From a candidate division WOR-3 bacterium (lineage in GTDB: Bacteria; Hydrothermota; Tepidihabitantia; Tepidihabitantales; Tepidihabitantaceae), in assembly GCA_965649295.1 (NCBI GenBank), contig CBFGKH010000001.1, positions 321,881 through 385,880 on the forward strand: a stretch of DNA of 64,000 nt, given 5' to 3'. Positions 28,256-39,701 of this stretch are shown here, one piece after another. A program made the position numbers and the translations under genes. Numbering within the stretch: the stretch's first letter is position 1; every line of letters starts with the position of its first letter. The notes beneath the pieces were generated by a model. The model did not search any database and had not been told where the DNA came from. It was given only the letters and a program-made list of their open reading frames with translations.

Positions 28256-29995
28256 ATGCCGCTGCCCCGTCGCTTCTCGATAATCCGTTCTGACCGGCCG
28301 CTGCCAGCCTGGCTTGGCCGCTACCAGCTCGCTGTCACCGTTGTTGTCGCCGTCTCCCTGCTCCTAGTTCTGCTCCGGTCCGGCTATCTGCTTCCGGTTC
28401 TAGTGCAGGCAAGCTGGCTGCCCAAACTGCTGACAGTCGTTGCCTCAATTCTGGTCCTTACTGACATCGTTCTCGGCTTTATCCATACCCCGACTTTTCG
28501 CGAGTACCTCCGTTCGCGCTGGTTCGACCTGCTACTCTTTCTGCCCATCCTGCTCCTGCTCCTCCGCGGCGGCCCGGGCCTCGTAGTCATCGCAATCCGC
28601 CAGCTAATGGTCGTCTTTCAGGTCTTCTCCCGCTCGCGCCGCTTTGCCACAGTTATCGAAAGACTCCGCCGTCAGCCGGTCCAGATGCTGGCGCTCAGTT
28701 TCCTCGGCCTGATTGCCGCCGGCACAGTCCTGCTCACCTTGCCGATTGCCGCCGCGAGCGGCCGCGGCCCGGGCCTGCTCGACGCCCTCTTCACCGCTAC
28801 CTCCGCGGTCTGCGTCACCGGCCTGACCGTCCGCGACACTGCCACCTTCTTCTCGCCCTTTGGCCAACTCGTCATCCTCATCCTGATTCAGCTTGGCGGC
28901 CTCGGCATCATGACCTTCTCCGCGAGCATCGTTGCTGCCTTTGGCCGCCGGCTCGGCCTTGGCCAGCGCAGCACCTTCACCACGATGATTGAGCAGACCC
29001 GCGACATTGATATTCTCCGCACCCTCCGCTACATCTTCCTTTTGACCGTCACGGTCGAAGCGGGCGGCGCGGCTCTGCTCTTTCTCCACTGGCGGGCCCA
29101 ATTCCCCAGCGCCGGCACCACCCTGATGGCCGCGGTCTTTCACTCGGTCTCGGCCTTCTGCAACGCCGGCTTCGCCCTCTTCTCCGATTCGCTCGTGCGG
29201 TTCCGCGGCGACATCATCACCAATCTTGTCATCATCGGCCTGATTATCACTGGCGGGCTCGGCTTCAGCGTTGTCCACGAGCTGCTCAACCGCCAGACCT
29301 TCCGCCGGCCCCTTGCGGTCCTGCGCCGGCTCACGGTCCACGCCCGGCTGGTGCTCGTCACCTCGGGCCTACTCATCCTCGGCGGCACCATCTTTTTCTT
29401 CTTCTTCGAATACGACAATGCTCTCGCACCCCTGCCGCTCGGCACCAAACTGCTCGCCGCCCTCTTTCAAGCCGTCACTCCCCGCACCGCCGGCTTCAAC
29501 ACCGTCCCTTTTGACAACCTCCGGCCGGTCACCCTGCTCGCTTGGGTGATACTGATGTTCATCGGCGCGTCACCCGGCGGCACCGGCGGCGGCATCAAGA
29601 CCTCAACCCTGGCCGTGCTCTTTCTCTCGGTGCGGAGCCGCATCCGCGGCGAGGAAGAAATCGCGGTTGCCGGTCGGTCAATCCCCCACGACGTTGTCTA
29701 TCGCGCCACTGCCATCACTGCTGTCTCCGGCCTCATCGTCGCCGGCTTCTTTGCCCTACTGCTCGTCACCGAACCGGCGCCATTTGCCAACATTCTTTTT
29801 GAGACGGTTTCCGCCTTCGGCACGGTCGGCCTCTCAACCGGCCTGACCCCGGCCCTGTCGCCGCCGGGCAAGCTGGCGGTCACCGCCCTGATGTACATCG
29901 GCCGCATCGGCCCGCTCACCCTCACCCTGGCGATGAGCAGCCGGCGCGCGGCCCTGCCGATTCGCTATCCGGACGCCCGGATAATGGTCGGATAA
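28256..29995 (+). CDS. ktrB: KtrB/TrkH-family potassium uptake membrane subunit with extra N-terminal TM domain
   Basis: Four pore loops SAVCVTGL, SAFCNAGF, PRTAGF, SAFGTVGL; GGTGGGIK; MYIGRIGP. Confidence 0.9.
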   Translation: MPLPRRFSIIRSDRPLPAWLGRYQLAVTVVVAVSLLLVLLRSGYLLPVLVQASWLPKLLTVVASILVLTDIVLGFIHTPTFREYLRSRWFDLLLFLPILLLLLRGGPGLVVIAIRQLMVVFQVFSRSRRFATVIERLRRQPVQMLALSFLGLIAAGTVLLTLPIAAASGRGPGLLDALFTATSAVCVTGLTVRDTATFFSPFGQLVILILIQLGGLGIMTFSASIVAAFGRRLGLGQRSTFTTMIEQTRDIDILRTLRYIFLLTVTVEAGGAALLFLHWRAQFPSAGTTLMAAVFHSVSAFCNAGFALFSDSLVRFRGDIITNLVIIGLIITGGLGFSVVHELLNRQTFRRPLAVLRRLTVHARLVLVTSGLLILGGTIFFFFFEYDNALAPLPLGTKLLAALFQAVTPRTAGFNTVPFDNLRPVTLLAWVILMFIGASPGGTGGGIKTSTLAVLFLSVRSRIRGEEEIAVAGRSIPHDVVYRATAITAVSGLIVAGFFALLLVTEPAPFANILFETVSAFGTVGLSTGLTPALSPPGKLAVTALMYIGRIGPLTLTLAMSSRRAALPIRYPDARIMVG

Positions 29996-30004
29996 GGAGA
30001 AAGT

Positions 30005-30697
30005 ATGAAGCAATTTGCAGTAATCGGCCTTGGCACTTTTGGCGGCCGGGTCGCTCGCACCCTGGTCGAAAAAGGCGCCGAGGTCATCGGCATTGACTCT
30101 GACCCCAAACGGGTCGAATCCATCAAAGACGACATCACTCAGGCCCTCTGCTTCGACGCCACCGACGAAGAAGCGCTGGCCAACTCCGGCGTTCTCGATG
30201 TGGACGCGGTTGTCGTCGCCATGGGCGAGCGGATGGAAGCCGCCATCCTTACCACCGCCATCCTCCATCGCCTTGGCGCCGGCTACATTGTCGCCCGCGC
30301 CGCCACCGCCATCCACGCCCAGATACTCACCGACGTCGGTGCCGACCGCACCGTCCTCATCGAAGAACAGATGGGCGACCAGGTTGCCAAAAGTCTGATT
30401 GCCCCGGACGTCGTCGAACAGATAACCCTTGCCAGCGGCCACTCGCTCGCCGAAATCAAGCCGCGCCGCGAGATGATTGGCCGGAAGTTGGGCGAACTCG
30501 CTATCCGCACCCGCTACAACGTCAACGTCGTCGCCATCAAAAAACGGGTGCCGATAGTCGGCGAGGACGGCGAAAACACCTTTGAGGAGCGCATCAACGA
30601 CATCCCCGGCCCCAGCGACAGAATCGAACAAGACGACATCATCGTTATCGTCGGCCACGACGACGACATCGAACGACTAGCCACCGGCCGCGAATGA
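30005..30697 (+). CDS. ktrA: KtrA/TrkA-family RCK regulatory subunit
   Basis: MKQFAVIGLGTFG Rossmann motif, RCK_C domain; AAGGAG SD. Confidence 0.9.
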   Translation: MKQFAVIGLGTFGGRVARTLVEKGAEVIGIDSDPKRVESIKDDITQALCFDATDEEALANSGVLDVDAVVVAMGERMEAAILTTAILHRLGAGYIVARAATAIHAQILTDVGADRTVLIEEQMGDQVAKSLIAPDVVEQITLASGHSLAEIKPRREMIGRKLGELAIRTRYNVNVVAIKKRVPIVGEDGENTFEERINDIPGPSDRIEQDDIIVIVGHDDDIERLATGRE

Positions 30698-31956
30698 AAC
30701 CCCTGATTCCCTCCTCATCCTCGCTCCGCCGCCTCTCCATCCGCGCCCGGATGGTTTTGGCCATGCTCGCGGTTGCCGCGCTGCTCATACCAGTCGTCGT
30801 CCTCTCGGTCTTCTACATCCGCTCCCTCAACACCGTCACCAGCCGCATCGTCAACCAAGGCATCGAACTCGTCCAGACCGGCAACCGCATCCCCCTCGAA
30901 TTCGCCCGGGCCCGCCGCCACTACGAGAACTTTGTCCGCACCCGCGACTCAGCCGAGTTCTGGCAGGCCCAGGCCGCGCTCAGTCGCATCGGCGGACTAG
31001 TCGCCCGCAGCCGGCTCCTCGAACCAGCCCTCGCCCCCTTCCTCGACTCCATAGCCCGCTGTCTCGAAAGCTTCCGCCAAACTGCCGGACTCGAATTCAC
31101 CCGGCCCGCCACCGACACCACCACCCCACCCGGCCAAAGCAGCAACGGCGCAATCCTCATCCTCGAACCAAGCCTCCCCTCAACCCTTGCCGCTCCGGTC
31201 GAAACCCGCATCCGCCAGCTCAACGCTGCCATCGTCGAACAATCCGACTCAACTCTGGCCCTGGCCAGCCGCATCATCGCCCTCCACCAGCTCCGCGGCC
31301 AGCAACTCTCCGCCTGGGGCCAGCGTAACATCGTCACCGCCCTGCTCATCACCGTCGCCATCCTCATTTGGCTCGTTATCGTCCTGCCCCAACAGATAGT
31401 CCTGCCGGTCAAGCGCATCGCCAACGCCCTGCGCCGCGCCGAACAAGGCGACCTCACCACCCGCATCACCGTACCCACCAACGACGAAATCGGCTCGCTC
31501 GCCCGCCAACTCAACCGGCTCTTTGCCCGGCTGCGCGAATTCGACAGCCGCAAAACCGAGCGCATCCAGCTCCTCGAACGGCGGTTTCGGCTCCTCGCCG
31601 GCGACATCAGCGAAGGCGTCCTCGTCGTTGACCGCACCCCCAAACTCCTCTACGCCAATCCACCCACCGAACCCCTGCTCGGCTGCCGCGCCAGCGACGC
31701 CATTGGCCGCAACCTGAGCGAATTTCCGCGCCTTGCCGCCCTTGCCCAAAGCCTTGAAGAAACACTCGCTGGAGCCAGCGGCCACCAAGAATGTGAAATC
31801 CTGCCCGGCCTGCCATTCTCGGCCATCTGCATCGAAGCCCTCCGCGACGCCAGCGGCTCAATCGCCGGCGCCCTCATCGTCATCACCAACCCGATCGCGC
31901 CCGAACCAGCCACAACCGACACGACGCCCGAAGAACAGATCGACAACCCCGCCTAG
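30694..31956 (+). CDS. Membrane sensor with periplasmic helical domain, HAMP and PAS but no kinase domain
   Basis: 2 TMs; PVKRIA..GDL..DEIG.LA..LN HAMP; ISEGVLVVD...YANP PAS; ATGA overlap with ktrA. Confidence 0.8.
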   Translation: MKPLIPSSSSLRRLSIRARMVLAMLAVAALLIPVVVLSVFYIRSLNTVTSRIVNQGIELVQTGNRIPLEFARARRHYENFVRTRDSAEFWQAQAALSRIGGLVARSRLLEPALAPFLDSIARCLESFRQTAGLEFTRPATDTTTPPGQSSNGAILILEPSLPSTLAAPVETRIRQLNAAIVEQSDSTLALASRIIALHQLRGQQLSAWGQRNIVTALLITVAILIWLVIVLPQQIVLPVKRIANALRRAEQGDLTTRITVPTNDEIGSLARQLNRLFARLREFDSRKTERIQLLERRFRLLAGDISEGVLVVDRTPKLLYANPPTEPLLGCRASDAIGRNLSEFPRLAALAQSLEETLAGASGHQECEILPGLPFSAICIEALRDASGSIAGALIVITNPIAPEPATTDTTPEEQIDNPA

Positions 31957-31987
31957 CCACCAGCCTCCCCACTAGCCATCCCTGCCC

Positions 31988-32021
31988 TGTCATTCCGAAG
32001 GCTGTCCTTGCCCGAGGAATC
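31988..32021. repeat. REP-like imperfect palindrome
   Basis: TGTCATTCCGAAGG...CCCGAGGAATC, same TGTCA-led family as 39545 and 51735. Confidence 0.5.
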
Positions 32022-32429
32022 GCCGCACCCTTCCTGCCCCTGCCCTCTGCACAGCCCTCCCACTAGTTCTTCTCACTAGCCCTACTCACCATCCCTCGTC
32101 CCCTTCCCCTACCCGAACCGAGTCATGACCATCCACAAACCTGGGCCCTGACAGACCAAACCAACCCAGTTCTGAAACCCATCCTCGGCTCCAACCTAAT
32201 CACAGCGCTCAAGCCCTTATTCTGCTGGAACATAGAGATTCAAATCGTGCAGCGACTCCCCTTGCGTTTGGCTTCGAAACTACCCCCACGGGTCACCCCG
32301 GGAACGACTCCCCCTTGACCTCCTGCACCCTAATGACGATGTAGGGCGATAGTCTGTCGCCCAACAATGTTACGATTCGAGCCGGGTATCTTTCTGGCCT
32401 TGGTGGTAGGTCCGAACCGCTGACAGCCG

Positions 32430-33296
32430 TCAGTTGTGCGGGGAAGGGTCGTCGCGGGTATAGACTACCCGCCGCGGGAACGGAATCTCAATGCCTTGGG
32501 CGTCAAACGCTTGCTTCAGCCGATTGCGCAGCTCGCGCTCAGCCTGCCAGTGCTGCAACGGCTTCACTTTGGCTACGACCCTAATCGTCATCCCCGATTC
32601 TCCAAAGGCAACAATACCTTGCACTTCCGGCGGCTCGATTACGATATCCGAACGCTCAGCCGCCCACTCTGCAGCCACTTTCGCAGCAATGGCCATGCCC
32701 TTGGCTGCATCCTGCTCATAGGCAATATCAACTGCCACCAGCGCCCGCATGAAACCACGATTGGCATTGCCGAACCGGGTCAGTTCGCCATTCGGAACCA
32801 CGTGCAGCGTCCCGTCAAACCCGCGAATCCGAGTAATCCGCAGCCCGATATCCTCGACTGTACCGCTCGGCCCATTCGGCAGCACTGTCACCCAGTCACC
32901 AACGCTAATGAGGTCCTCAAGCAACAGAAAGAAGCCGGATATGAAATCCCGAATCAGGGTCTGGGCCCCAAACCCGACTGCCAGCCCCACCACTCCGGCA
33001 CCGGCCAGAATCGCCGTGTAATCAACGCCCAGTGCCCGCAAGATGAGAATCAGCGCTCCAAAAAGAATCACATAGCCAAGCACGCTGTGTGCCAGCGATA
33101 CAAGGGTCTTGGCCCGACGCTCGTGCGCCTGGCGCAGGAACCGTCGCACGAAAATGCCAGCCAGCAGATAGAGCAACAGTGCTGCGGCCAGCACAATCAC
33201 AACCTGAATGGCCTTAGTGATGTAACCGGCGACTTGCTCTGGCGACCAGAGCCGTTCCCGTAGCTTCAGGCCAAGCTCGCGCCAGAACATGGTCAC
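32430..33296 (-). CDS. MscS-family small-conductance mechanosensitive channel
   Basis: AGAGVVGLAVGFGAQ, GTVEDIGLR.T, VPNG, GIEIPFP. Confidence 0.92.
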   Translation of the reverse strand: MTMFWRELGLKLRERLWSPEQVAGYITKAIQVVIVLAAALLLYLLAGIFVRRFLRQAHERRAKTLVSLAHSVLGYVILFGALILILRALGVDYTAILAGAGVVGLAVGFGAQTLIRDFISGFFLLLEDLISVGDWVTVLPNGPSGTVEDIGLRITRIRGFDGTLHVVPNGELTRFGNANRGFMRALVAVDIAYEQDAAKGMAIAAKVAAEWAAERSDIVIEPPEVQGIVAFGESGMTIRVVAKVKPLQHWQAERELRNRLKQAFDAQGIEIPFPRRVVYTRDDPSPHN

Positions 33297-33384
33297 AGGG
33301 AAAAAACTGACCGCCGGAGCACGAAGGCAATGAGGACTGGTGGGGGGGCTAGTGGAAAGGGCTGAAAGCTGGGTGCGGTCAGGC

Positions 33385-34446
33385 TCATGCGGTCACCTCG
33401 ATTGTCCCTGGCTCGCCGGCGACCACCGTGCCGATGACCGCAGCAAGGAGCCTGTCCCGAGCTAAGCCGAGGGAGCCTGCCTTCTCGGCCTGCTCCCTGA
33501 AATCGGCCAACCGCTCTGGCCGAAGGCAGACAAGCAGCCCGCCTGAGCTCTGCGACTCCCAGAGCAACTGCCGCAACTCCGGCGCAACGTCGTCAGCAAA
33601 CGACACCTTTGGCCCGAACGAGGTCTCGTTCATCAACACGCCCGGGTCAACAAACTGGGCAGCAAGTTCGCGCACCCCCGGCAGCAACGGCACCGCCTCG
33701 GCCCTAATCTTCATCCGTACTGCTGACGCCTCGGCCATCTCCTGACAGTGGCCAAGCAGTCCGTAGCCAGTGATATCCGTGGCACTCACGACACCACAAG
33801 CGAGCATTATCGTTGATGCGGCCCGATTGAGCCTTGTCATCCACTCCACTGCCGCATCATATAGCTGCCGGTCAACTTCATCGAGAGTCATCATCATCTG
33901 AGCAAAGACGCCGGTGCCGAGCGGCTTGGTCAACACCAGGATGTCACCCGGCTTGGCCGCTGCGTTGGTGACAATTCTGGCCGGGTCAATCTCGCCGGTC
34001 ACGGCCAGACCGAACTTGATCTCCTTCTCATTGAAAGTATGTCCGCCAGCCACGACCGCGCCCGCCTCCTCAACTGCATCCTGCCCCCCGCGCAGTATCT
34101 CACCGAGCACGCGCTTGTCCATCGGCCCGGGAAAGCCGACGATGTTCAGGGCAGTCAGCGGCCGGCCGCCCATAGCATAGACGTCGGATAGCGAGTTCGT
34201 TGCGGCAATCCGGCCAAAAGTGTACGGGTCTTCAACCATCGGGGTCAGCATGTCAACGGTCTGAACGAGCGCCAGGCCATCACGCAGCAGATAGACCCCG
34301 GCGTCGTCAGCCGTGTTGATACCGACCAGCAACCGCGGGTCGGTGGGGCGTTTCAGCCCTGCCAGTGCTTGCGCCAACTGCGCCTTGCCAAGCTTGGACG
34401 CTCAGCCAGCACAGGAGACGGTCGCGAGTATGCCTCTTTTTGCCAT
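33385..34446 (-). CDS. selD: Selenide, water dikinase SelD, selenocysteine-containing (in-frame UGA at 34402-34404)
   Basis: Reading through UGA gives MAKRGILATVSCAG-U-ASKL, the canonical G-U/C-x-x-K active site; DDAGVY, QTVD, NSLSDVYAMGG, GGHT, LTKPLGTG, TDITGYGL; adjacent to selB. Confidence 0.93.
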
Positions 34447-34468
34447 CTCGTCTTCTTCCGGTTCTTCA

Positions 34469-36370
34469 TCACTTAGCCGAGTGCTGTCGCAGCACCCGCA
34501 CCTCACCTCGCCGCTGGGTAAGGCCGTGCGCATCAAAGTAATTCAGCAGCGGAATCACATACTTCCGAGTTGCCCCAAGCGCCTGTCTGATTTCCGAAGC
34601 GGTCAGCTCGTCCCGGGTCGCGAAAACGCCGCGGATGACATCTTCGGCATGACGCACCACATCCCGATGGAGTATCACTGATTCACCGACATCAATCAGC
34701 GTGCCCGACTCAAGCAGGGCAGTTCGTACCCGATCTGCCAGCCGCTTCTCGACACCGGCCAGTGCCTCGGCCAGTGGCGGCGGGGCAAATCCCAGCTCCT
34801 GATACAGCGCCGCCACCCGGTCAAACTGTTTCTGCTCGGCCGGACCCAGTTTGAGCGTGTGGGTTGCCAGTCGCACCCGGTCATCTTCGACCACGACCTC
34901 GCCACCTGTTACCAGTCCGGCCAGGACTGTCTCAAACAGCGGCACCGACATTCCGGCCCCGGCTTTGGCCCGCAGTTCGGGTCGCTTCATCCCCAGCCGA
35001 AAAGGGTTGTCGTGGTGGAACCCGGCCAAAGTCTCGCGCACCGCTTCGCGCGCCCGACTTATCACCTGCTCGTGGAGAAGGTACTCTTTTGATTCAAACT
35101 CGACCCGGCGCACTTTGCCGGTTCTGACCAAGTGGTCGAGCATGGCCCGGGCATCGTTGTCGGCGAGGGCCAGCTCGCGCGCGGCTACGGCCAGTGTCTT
35201 GGCTTCAAACCCGGCCTTGAGGAGATATTGTTCCAGCACGCCCCCGGCTTCGCCGCGACGGAGCGCGGCCAGTCGGTCTATGACTGCCTTGTCAAACCGG
35301 CGCTCTTTTTGGGGGTTGGCTTCGAGCACCACGCCGCCGCCGATTGTCCGTTGCGGAGAGAATGTCCGCAGCACAAAGTGGTCGTCCCAGTCACAGACAA
35401 CCGGTTCTTCAAGCCGGCACTGGACAAAGGCCTCGGCTCCGGGCGCCAGTTCCCGGGTGTCCAGAAGCAGCACTCGGCACATCACCTCGGCGGTGCCGAT
35501 GTGAAGTTTGAGCCGGGTCAGGTTCCGCAGCGGCCGTCCGGCATCTTTGAGCAAGTAGCACCAGGCGTTGAACTGCTCGGTTGGCGAGTAGTAGCCGGGC
35601 GTGGCCAGCACGTTGCCGCGCATTGCCGCCTCGCGTTCGATGCCTTGCAGGTTGAGGGCAGCCCGCTCGCCCAGTCCGGCAAGCTCGGCTGGCTGACCGT
35701 GTTTCTGGATGCCGCGGACGCGCACCTCCCGTCGTTCGGGCAGCAGTTCGAGCCGGTCGCCGACTCGGACGCTGCCGGAGAGGACGGTGCCGGCCACAAC
35801 CGTACCGAATCCCTTCATCACGAAGTTGCGGTCAATCGGCATCCGGAAAACGCCCCGGTCCGGCTTGGGCGGCACGGTCTGGGCCAGTTCGACAATCGTC
35901 TGGCGCAGCTTGGGGATGCCGGCGCCGGTCAGGGCCGAGACGACGACGAGCGGCGCGCCCTCAAGAAAAGAGCCGCGCACGAGTTCTAGGGCATCGAGCT
36001 TGACCAGTTCGAGCATCTCCTCTTCGACGAGATCGGCCTTGTTGATGACGATAATGCCCTTGCGGATGCCCATCAGTCGGCAGATTTCGAAGTGTTCCCG
36101 GGTCTGGGGCATCACACCGTCGTCGGCGGCAATGACGAGCAGCACGAGGTCAATGGTGCTGGCGCCGGCGAGCATGTGGCGGACAAACCGCTCGTGGCCC
36201 GGCACGTCTATCAGGGTAATGTTGTCACCAAGGAACGCAAACCCGAGGTCGGTTGTCATCCCCCGCTCTTTTTCTTCTTTGAGCCGGTCAGGGTCGGTAC
36301 CGGTCAGGGCCCGCACCAGTGCGCTCTTGCCGTGGTCAATGTGCCCGGCTGTGCCAACGACTACGTGCAT
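34469..36370 (-). CDS. selB: Selenocysteine-specific elongation factor SelB
   Basis: [45 protein letters not shown]-terminal winged helices with [12 protein letters not shown]. Confidence 0.96.
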   Translation of the reverse strand: MHVVVGTAGHIDHGKSALVRALTGTDPDRLKEEKERGMTTDLGFAFLGDNITLIDVPGHERFVRHMLAGASTIDLVLLVIAADDGVMPQTREHFEICRLMGIRKGIIVINKADLVEEEMLELVKLDALELVRGSFLEGAPLVVVSALTGAGIPKLRQTIVELAQTVPPKPDRGVFRMPIDRNFVMKGFGTVVAGTVLSGSVRVGDRLELLPERREVRVRGIQKHGQPAELAGLGERAALNLQGIEREAAMRGNVLATPGYYSPTEQFNAWCYLLKDAGRPLRNLTRLKLHIGTAEVMCRVLLLDTRELAPGAEAFVQCRLEEPVVCDWDDHFVLRTFSPQRTIGGGVVLEANPQKERRFDKAVIDRLAALRRGEAGGVLEQYLLKAGFEAKTLAVAARELALADNDARAMLDHLVRTGKVRRVEFESKEYLLHEQVISRAREAVRETLAGFHHDNPFRLGMKRPELRAKAGAGMSVPLFETVLAGLVTGGEVVVEDDRVRLATHTLKLGPAEQKQFDRVAALYQELGFAPPPLAEALAGVEKRLADRVRTALLESGTLIDVGESVILHRDVVRHAEDVIRGVFATRDELTASEIRQALGATRKYVIPLLNYFDAHGLTQRRGEVRVLRQHSAK

Positions 36371-36375
36371 CGCTC

Positions 36376-37809
36376 CTAGAACGCCTTTCGCTCGCTGCAG
36401 CCGGCTATGCCCAGCTCGCCCCGGTACTTGGCAACTGTCCGCCGCGAGATGCTGATGCCCTCTTCTTTCAGCCGGGCGCAGATCTCCTCGTCGGTAAGCG
36501 GCTGGTTCTTGTCCTCGGCATTGACAATCGCCTGCACCCGCTCCTTGATGCTTGTCCGTGACCGCTCGCCAGTGCCGGCCTTGAAGAAGTATCCGAGCGG
36601 GAAGATGCCATGCGGCGTTTCGACATATTTGCCGGCAACCGCCCGCGACATCGTTGAGGGATTGACGCCGAGAGTCCGCGCTGCCTGCCGCAGGGTGGCC
36701 GGCTTTAGGTGCTCTGGCCCGTGCAGGAAGAACTCGTGCTGTTCATCAACCACCAGTTGCACGAGCCGCCCGAGGGTCCGGCGCCGCGACTCGATCGCTT
36801 CGAGGAACAGTCTGGCCCGGGCGAGCTTCTCGCGGGCAAAGGCAACCTGCTCGCGTGGATACGACTTGGGGTCCATCAGAATCTCCCGGTACTGGCGCGA
36901 GAGCCGCAGCCTTGGTATCCGGTCGTCGTTCGCCACTACCACCAGCTCGTCACCCCGCCACTCAACCGAGAAGTCCGGCGAGACGTATTCGGTTGCTCCG
37001 CCGGCAAAGCGTCGGGCCGGCCGCGGTTCGAGGCCAACAATCACCCCGATTGCCGCCCGCACCGCTTCCTCGGTCACGCCACAAAGCTGGGCGATTCGGG
37101 CCGTCCCCTTTTTCATCACCAGTTCCCAGTAATCGGCAAGCAGCCGCCGCTCCAGACTGTCCGGGCCGTAGCCGGCCAGCTCAAGCTGGACGATAAACGA
37201 CTCGCGCCGATCCCGGCAGGCAATGCCGCCCGGCTCCAGTCGCTGAATCACGTGCAGTATCGCCATCACCCTTTCGATGGTTGTGCCGCACACCTCGGCA
37301 ATCTCGGCCGGCTCCATTGTCAGAAACCCGTCATCATCGAGTGACTCGATGATGTATTGGGCGGTCCCGACGTCCTCCTCACCGAGAATCGAACGGAGCT
37401 GGGGCAGCAGCCGGTCGGCAAGCGAGGCCTCAGGCCCGGCCGCCAACTCAACACCACTAACATCGTCGTCGCGCTCGGTGCTGGACCCGCTCGACGGCAG
37501 GTAGCTGTCGTCCGGCAGCAGCTCGCCGAGTGAATACTCCTCGCCCGGTTCGGTCGGAATAATCTCTTCCTCGCTACGGGCCGGTTCTGCTGGCGCCGAT
37601 TCCTCGGCACTCTCAGCCGGCTGACGCTCGCCATCAGCCAGCGGATTGTCGTCAGCGTATTCGAGGGCCGGGTTCTTTTCCAGCTCGGTAGTAACCAGCC
37701 GTTCAAGGTCGAGGGCCGTGGCATGCAGAATATTCATCATCAGCATCACGGCCATCCGCTGCTGCAGTTCCAGCCGCTGGACCTGAGTCTGGTCTTGGCT
37801 CAGTCTCAT
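36376..37809 (-). CDS. rpoN: RNA polymerase sigma-54 factor
   Basis: Q/L-rich region [26 protein letters not shown], RpoN box SRRTVAKYR. Confidence 0.95.
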   Translation of the reverse strand: MRLSQDQTQVQRLELQQRMAVMLMMNILHATALDLERLVTTELEKNPALEYADDNPLADGERQPAESAEESAPAEPARSEEEIIPTEPGEEYSLGELLPDDSYLPSSGSSTERDDDVSGVELAAGPEASLADRLLPQLRSILGEEDVGTAQYIIESLDDDGFLTMEPAEIAEVCGTTIERVMAILHVIQRLEPGGIACRDRRESFIVQLELAGYGPDSLERRLLADYWELVMKKGTARIAQLCGVTEEAVRAAIGVIVGLEPRPARRFAGGATEYVSPDFSVEWRGDELVVVANDDRIPRLRLSRQYREILMDPKSYPREQVAFAREKLARARLFLEAIESRRRTLGRLVQLVVDEQHEFFLHGPEHLKPATLRQAARTLGVNPSTMSRAVAGKYVETPHGIFPLGYFFKAGTGERSRTSIKERVQAIVNAEDKNQPLTDEEICARLKEEGISISRRTVAKYRGELGIAGCSERKAF

Positions 37810-38537
37810 ATCCGAAACCGCTCCCCAAGGTAAAGCTCGCGCGCCTTCTCGTCGTTCACCAGTTCCTGGGCCGAGCCCGAGAGCAGCACCCGCGCATCGT
37901 ACATGATGTAGGCCCGGTCGGTGATTTCGAGGGTCTCACGCACGTTGTGGTCGGTTATCAGGATGCCAAGCCCCTCGTCACGGAGTTGCCGGACGATGTC
38001 CTGTATCTCGGCCCGGACAATCGGGTCAATGCCGGTGAACGGCTCATCGAGCAGCAGAAAGGCCGGCCGCGAGGCGAGTGCCCGGGCCAGCTCGACCCGC
38101 CGCCGCTCACCGCCGGAAAGAGTCTCGCCCCGCTGCCGGCGCAGCCCGGCAATGTTGAACTTGACTAAAAGCTCATCGGTACGGCGCTGCTGCTCCGGCT
38201 TAGGCAGCCCGAGCATCTCAAGAATCGCCCGGATGTTCTGCTCCACTGTCAGCTTGCGGAATATCGAAGGCTCCTGCGAGAGATAGCCCAGCCCGAGCCG
38301 CGCTCGCCGGTACACCGGCAGCCGGGTGATATCGTGCTCGCCGAGGGTTATCCTGCCGCCTTCCGGCCGGATAAAGCCGGTAATCATGTGAAAGGTCGTG
38401 GTCTTGCCCGCGCCGTTCGGCCCGAGCAGCCCAACAATCTCGCCCGCGGCCAGCGCCAGCGAGACCTCATCCACCACCCGATGGCCGCCATACCGTTTGA
38501 CCAGCCCGTGCGCTTCGAGCCTTGTCCCGGGCTTCAC
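37806..38537 (-). CDS. lptB: LPS export ABC transporter ATP-binding protein
   Basis: [52 protein letters not shown]. Confidence 0.95.
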   Translation of the reverse strand: MKPGTRLEAHGLVKRYGGHRVVDEVSLALAAGEIVGLLGPNGAGKTTTFHMITGFIRPEGGRITLGEHDITRLPVYRRARLGLGYLSQEPSIFRKLTVEQNIRAILEMLGLPKPEQQRRTDELLVKFNIAGLRRQRGETLSGGERRRVELARALASRPAFLLLDEPFTGIDPIVRAEIQDIVRQLRDEGLGILITDHNVRETLEITDRAYIMYDARVLLSGSAQELVNDEKARELYLGERFRI

Positions 38538-39454
38538 TCGTTTTCTCCCGTTCGAATCAACCGACCCATCCCGAGCGCGGTCACAGTGATGCGCTCGACA
38601 GCGCCACGGTCAAACTCAATCCTGATTGTCTGGCCTGCTACCTCGACCCGTTCTCCGCCCCGAGTCCGATACTCGCCGCTGGCGCGACCGGCAATCAGCA
38701 CCTCCTGCAAGGCTCCGTCCCGAATCCGGAAGCTCAGCGAATCGCCGCCAGCCCGGCTGACACTGTCCCGCACCGTCGGCCCGCCAATGGCAAGCCCGGA
38801 ATCCGGACCGGCCAGATAGACAATCGTGTCGCAGCTCACCTCGCTGGCCCCGGAATAGAGCCGGACATTGCCGCGCGCCACTGCCCGCGACTCGCGCTCG
38901 TTCCAGACCATCTCCCGGCTGGTGACTCGGGCCGAATCGCCTTCGCGGTGCCAGACCAGAAGCGGCGAACGGTCAACAACCCCGCTGTCACCGGCAAGGT
39001 CATAATTGCCCCGCTGGCCGGTCAAGCGAAACCGACCGTCCCGGTTGACCAGCGTCACTCCGTCCCGCGCCTCAACCAGCTTGCTGTCGGCCAGATAGCG
39101 AATCGTCGGCGCCGCGATATCAAGCGACTCCCGGCGCACCCGGACATTGCCATACAGCTCAGCCCGTCGCTCGTTCAGGTAGTAAAATGCCGAGTCAGCC
39201 TGGATATCGGCATCCGGGCTTTCGATTCGCACCGATTCGCTGATTACTGCCAGCCCGAGATGGTCATAAAGCCGGGCCACGTTCGCCTCAATCCGGGTCG
39301 GGTCATCGGTAATGACCACGCTGTCGCGAAAGATTGTTGCCTGACCTTCGGGCAGCCGCACCACCTCCATCCGCCGGGCAAAGAGCTGAGCCGCACCCAC
39401 CACTGCCACCCAGCCGAACCCGAGAGAGCAAACCAAGAGAGCCACCCGCGCCAC
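38534..39454 (-). CDS. lptA: LptA/OstA-like beta-jellyroll LPS transport protein
   Basis: Signal peptide from GTG 39454; repeated A.G.V.. and I.AD...Y beta-jellyroll motifs; lies between lptC and lptB. Confidence 0.7.
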   Translation of the reverse strand: MARVALLVCSLGFGWVAVVGAAQLFARRMEVVRLPEGQATIFRDSVVITDDPTRIEANVARLYDHLGLAVISESVRIESPDADIQADSAFYYLNERRAELYGNVRVRRESLDIAAPTIRYLADSKLVEARDGVTLVNRDGRFRLTGQRGNYDLAGDSGVVDRSPLLVWHREGDSARVTSREMVWNERESRAVARGNVRLYSGASEVSCDTIVYLAGPDSGLAIGGPTVRDSVSRAGGDSLSFRIRDGALQEVLIAGRASGEYRTRGGERVEVAGQTIRIEFDRGAVERITVTALGMGRLIRTGENE

Positions 39455-39460
39455 TCTTGA

Positions 39461-39672
39461 CCTTTGGCTTCTGGCTTTTGGCTTTTGCCTCTTAGCTTTT
39501 GCCTCTTGCCTCATGCCTTTTGCATTCTCCCCCCTCAGCCCAAAGACCCCTCGACTCCGCTCGGGGTGACACCTTCCTTCCGCGCCATTCGGCCCTCTAC
39601 ACTCTGCCACACTCGCCCCTTCACTCTTGCTCCTTGCCTTTTGCCTCTTGGCTCTTGCCTTTTGGCCTTTGG
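39461..39672. repeat. Two heptamer tandem arrays flanking a REP-like palindrome
   Basis: (G/C)C(T/C)(T/C)TTG-type units at about 39461-39522 and 39623-39672; GACCCCTCGACTCCGCTCGGGGTGACA at 39545-39571. Confidence 0.7.
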
Positions 39673-39701
39673 CCCACTTCATAACCTCTCTGCCCCCCAT
39701 A

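Noticed and set aside
33385..34377. ORF-track start of selD at 34377
   Set aside because: It omits the catalytic U-x-x-K motif; the true start is 34446 with UGA recoding
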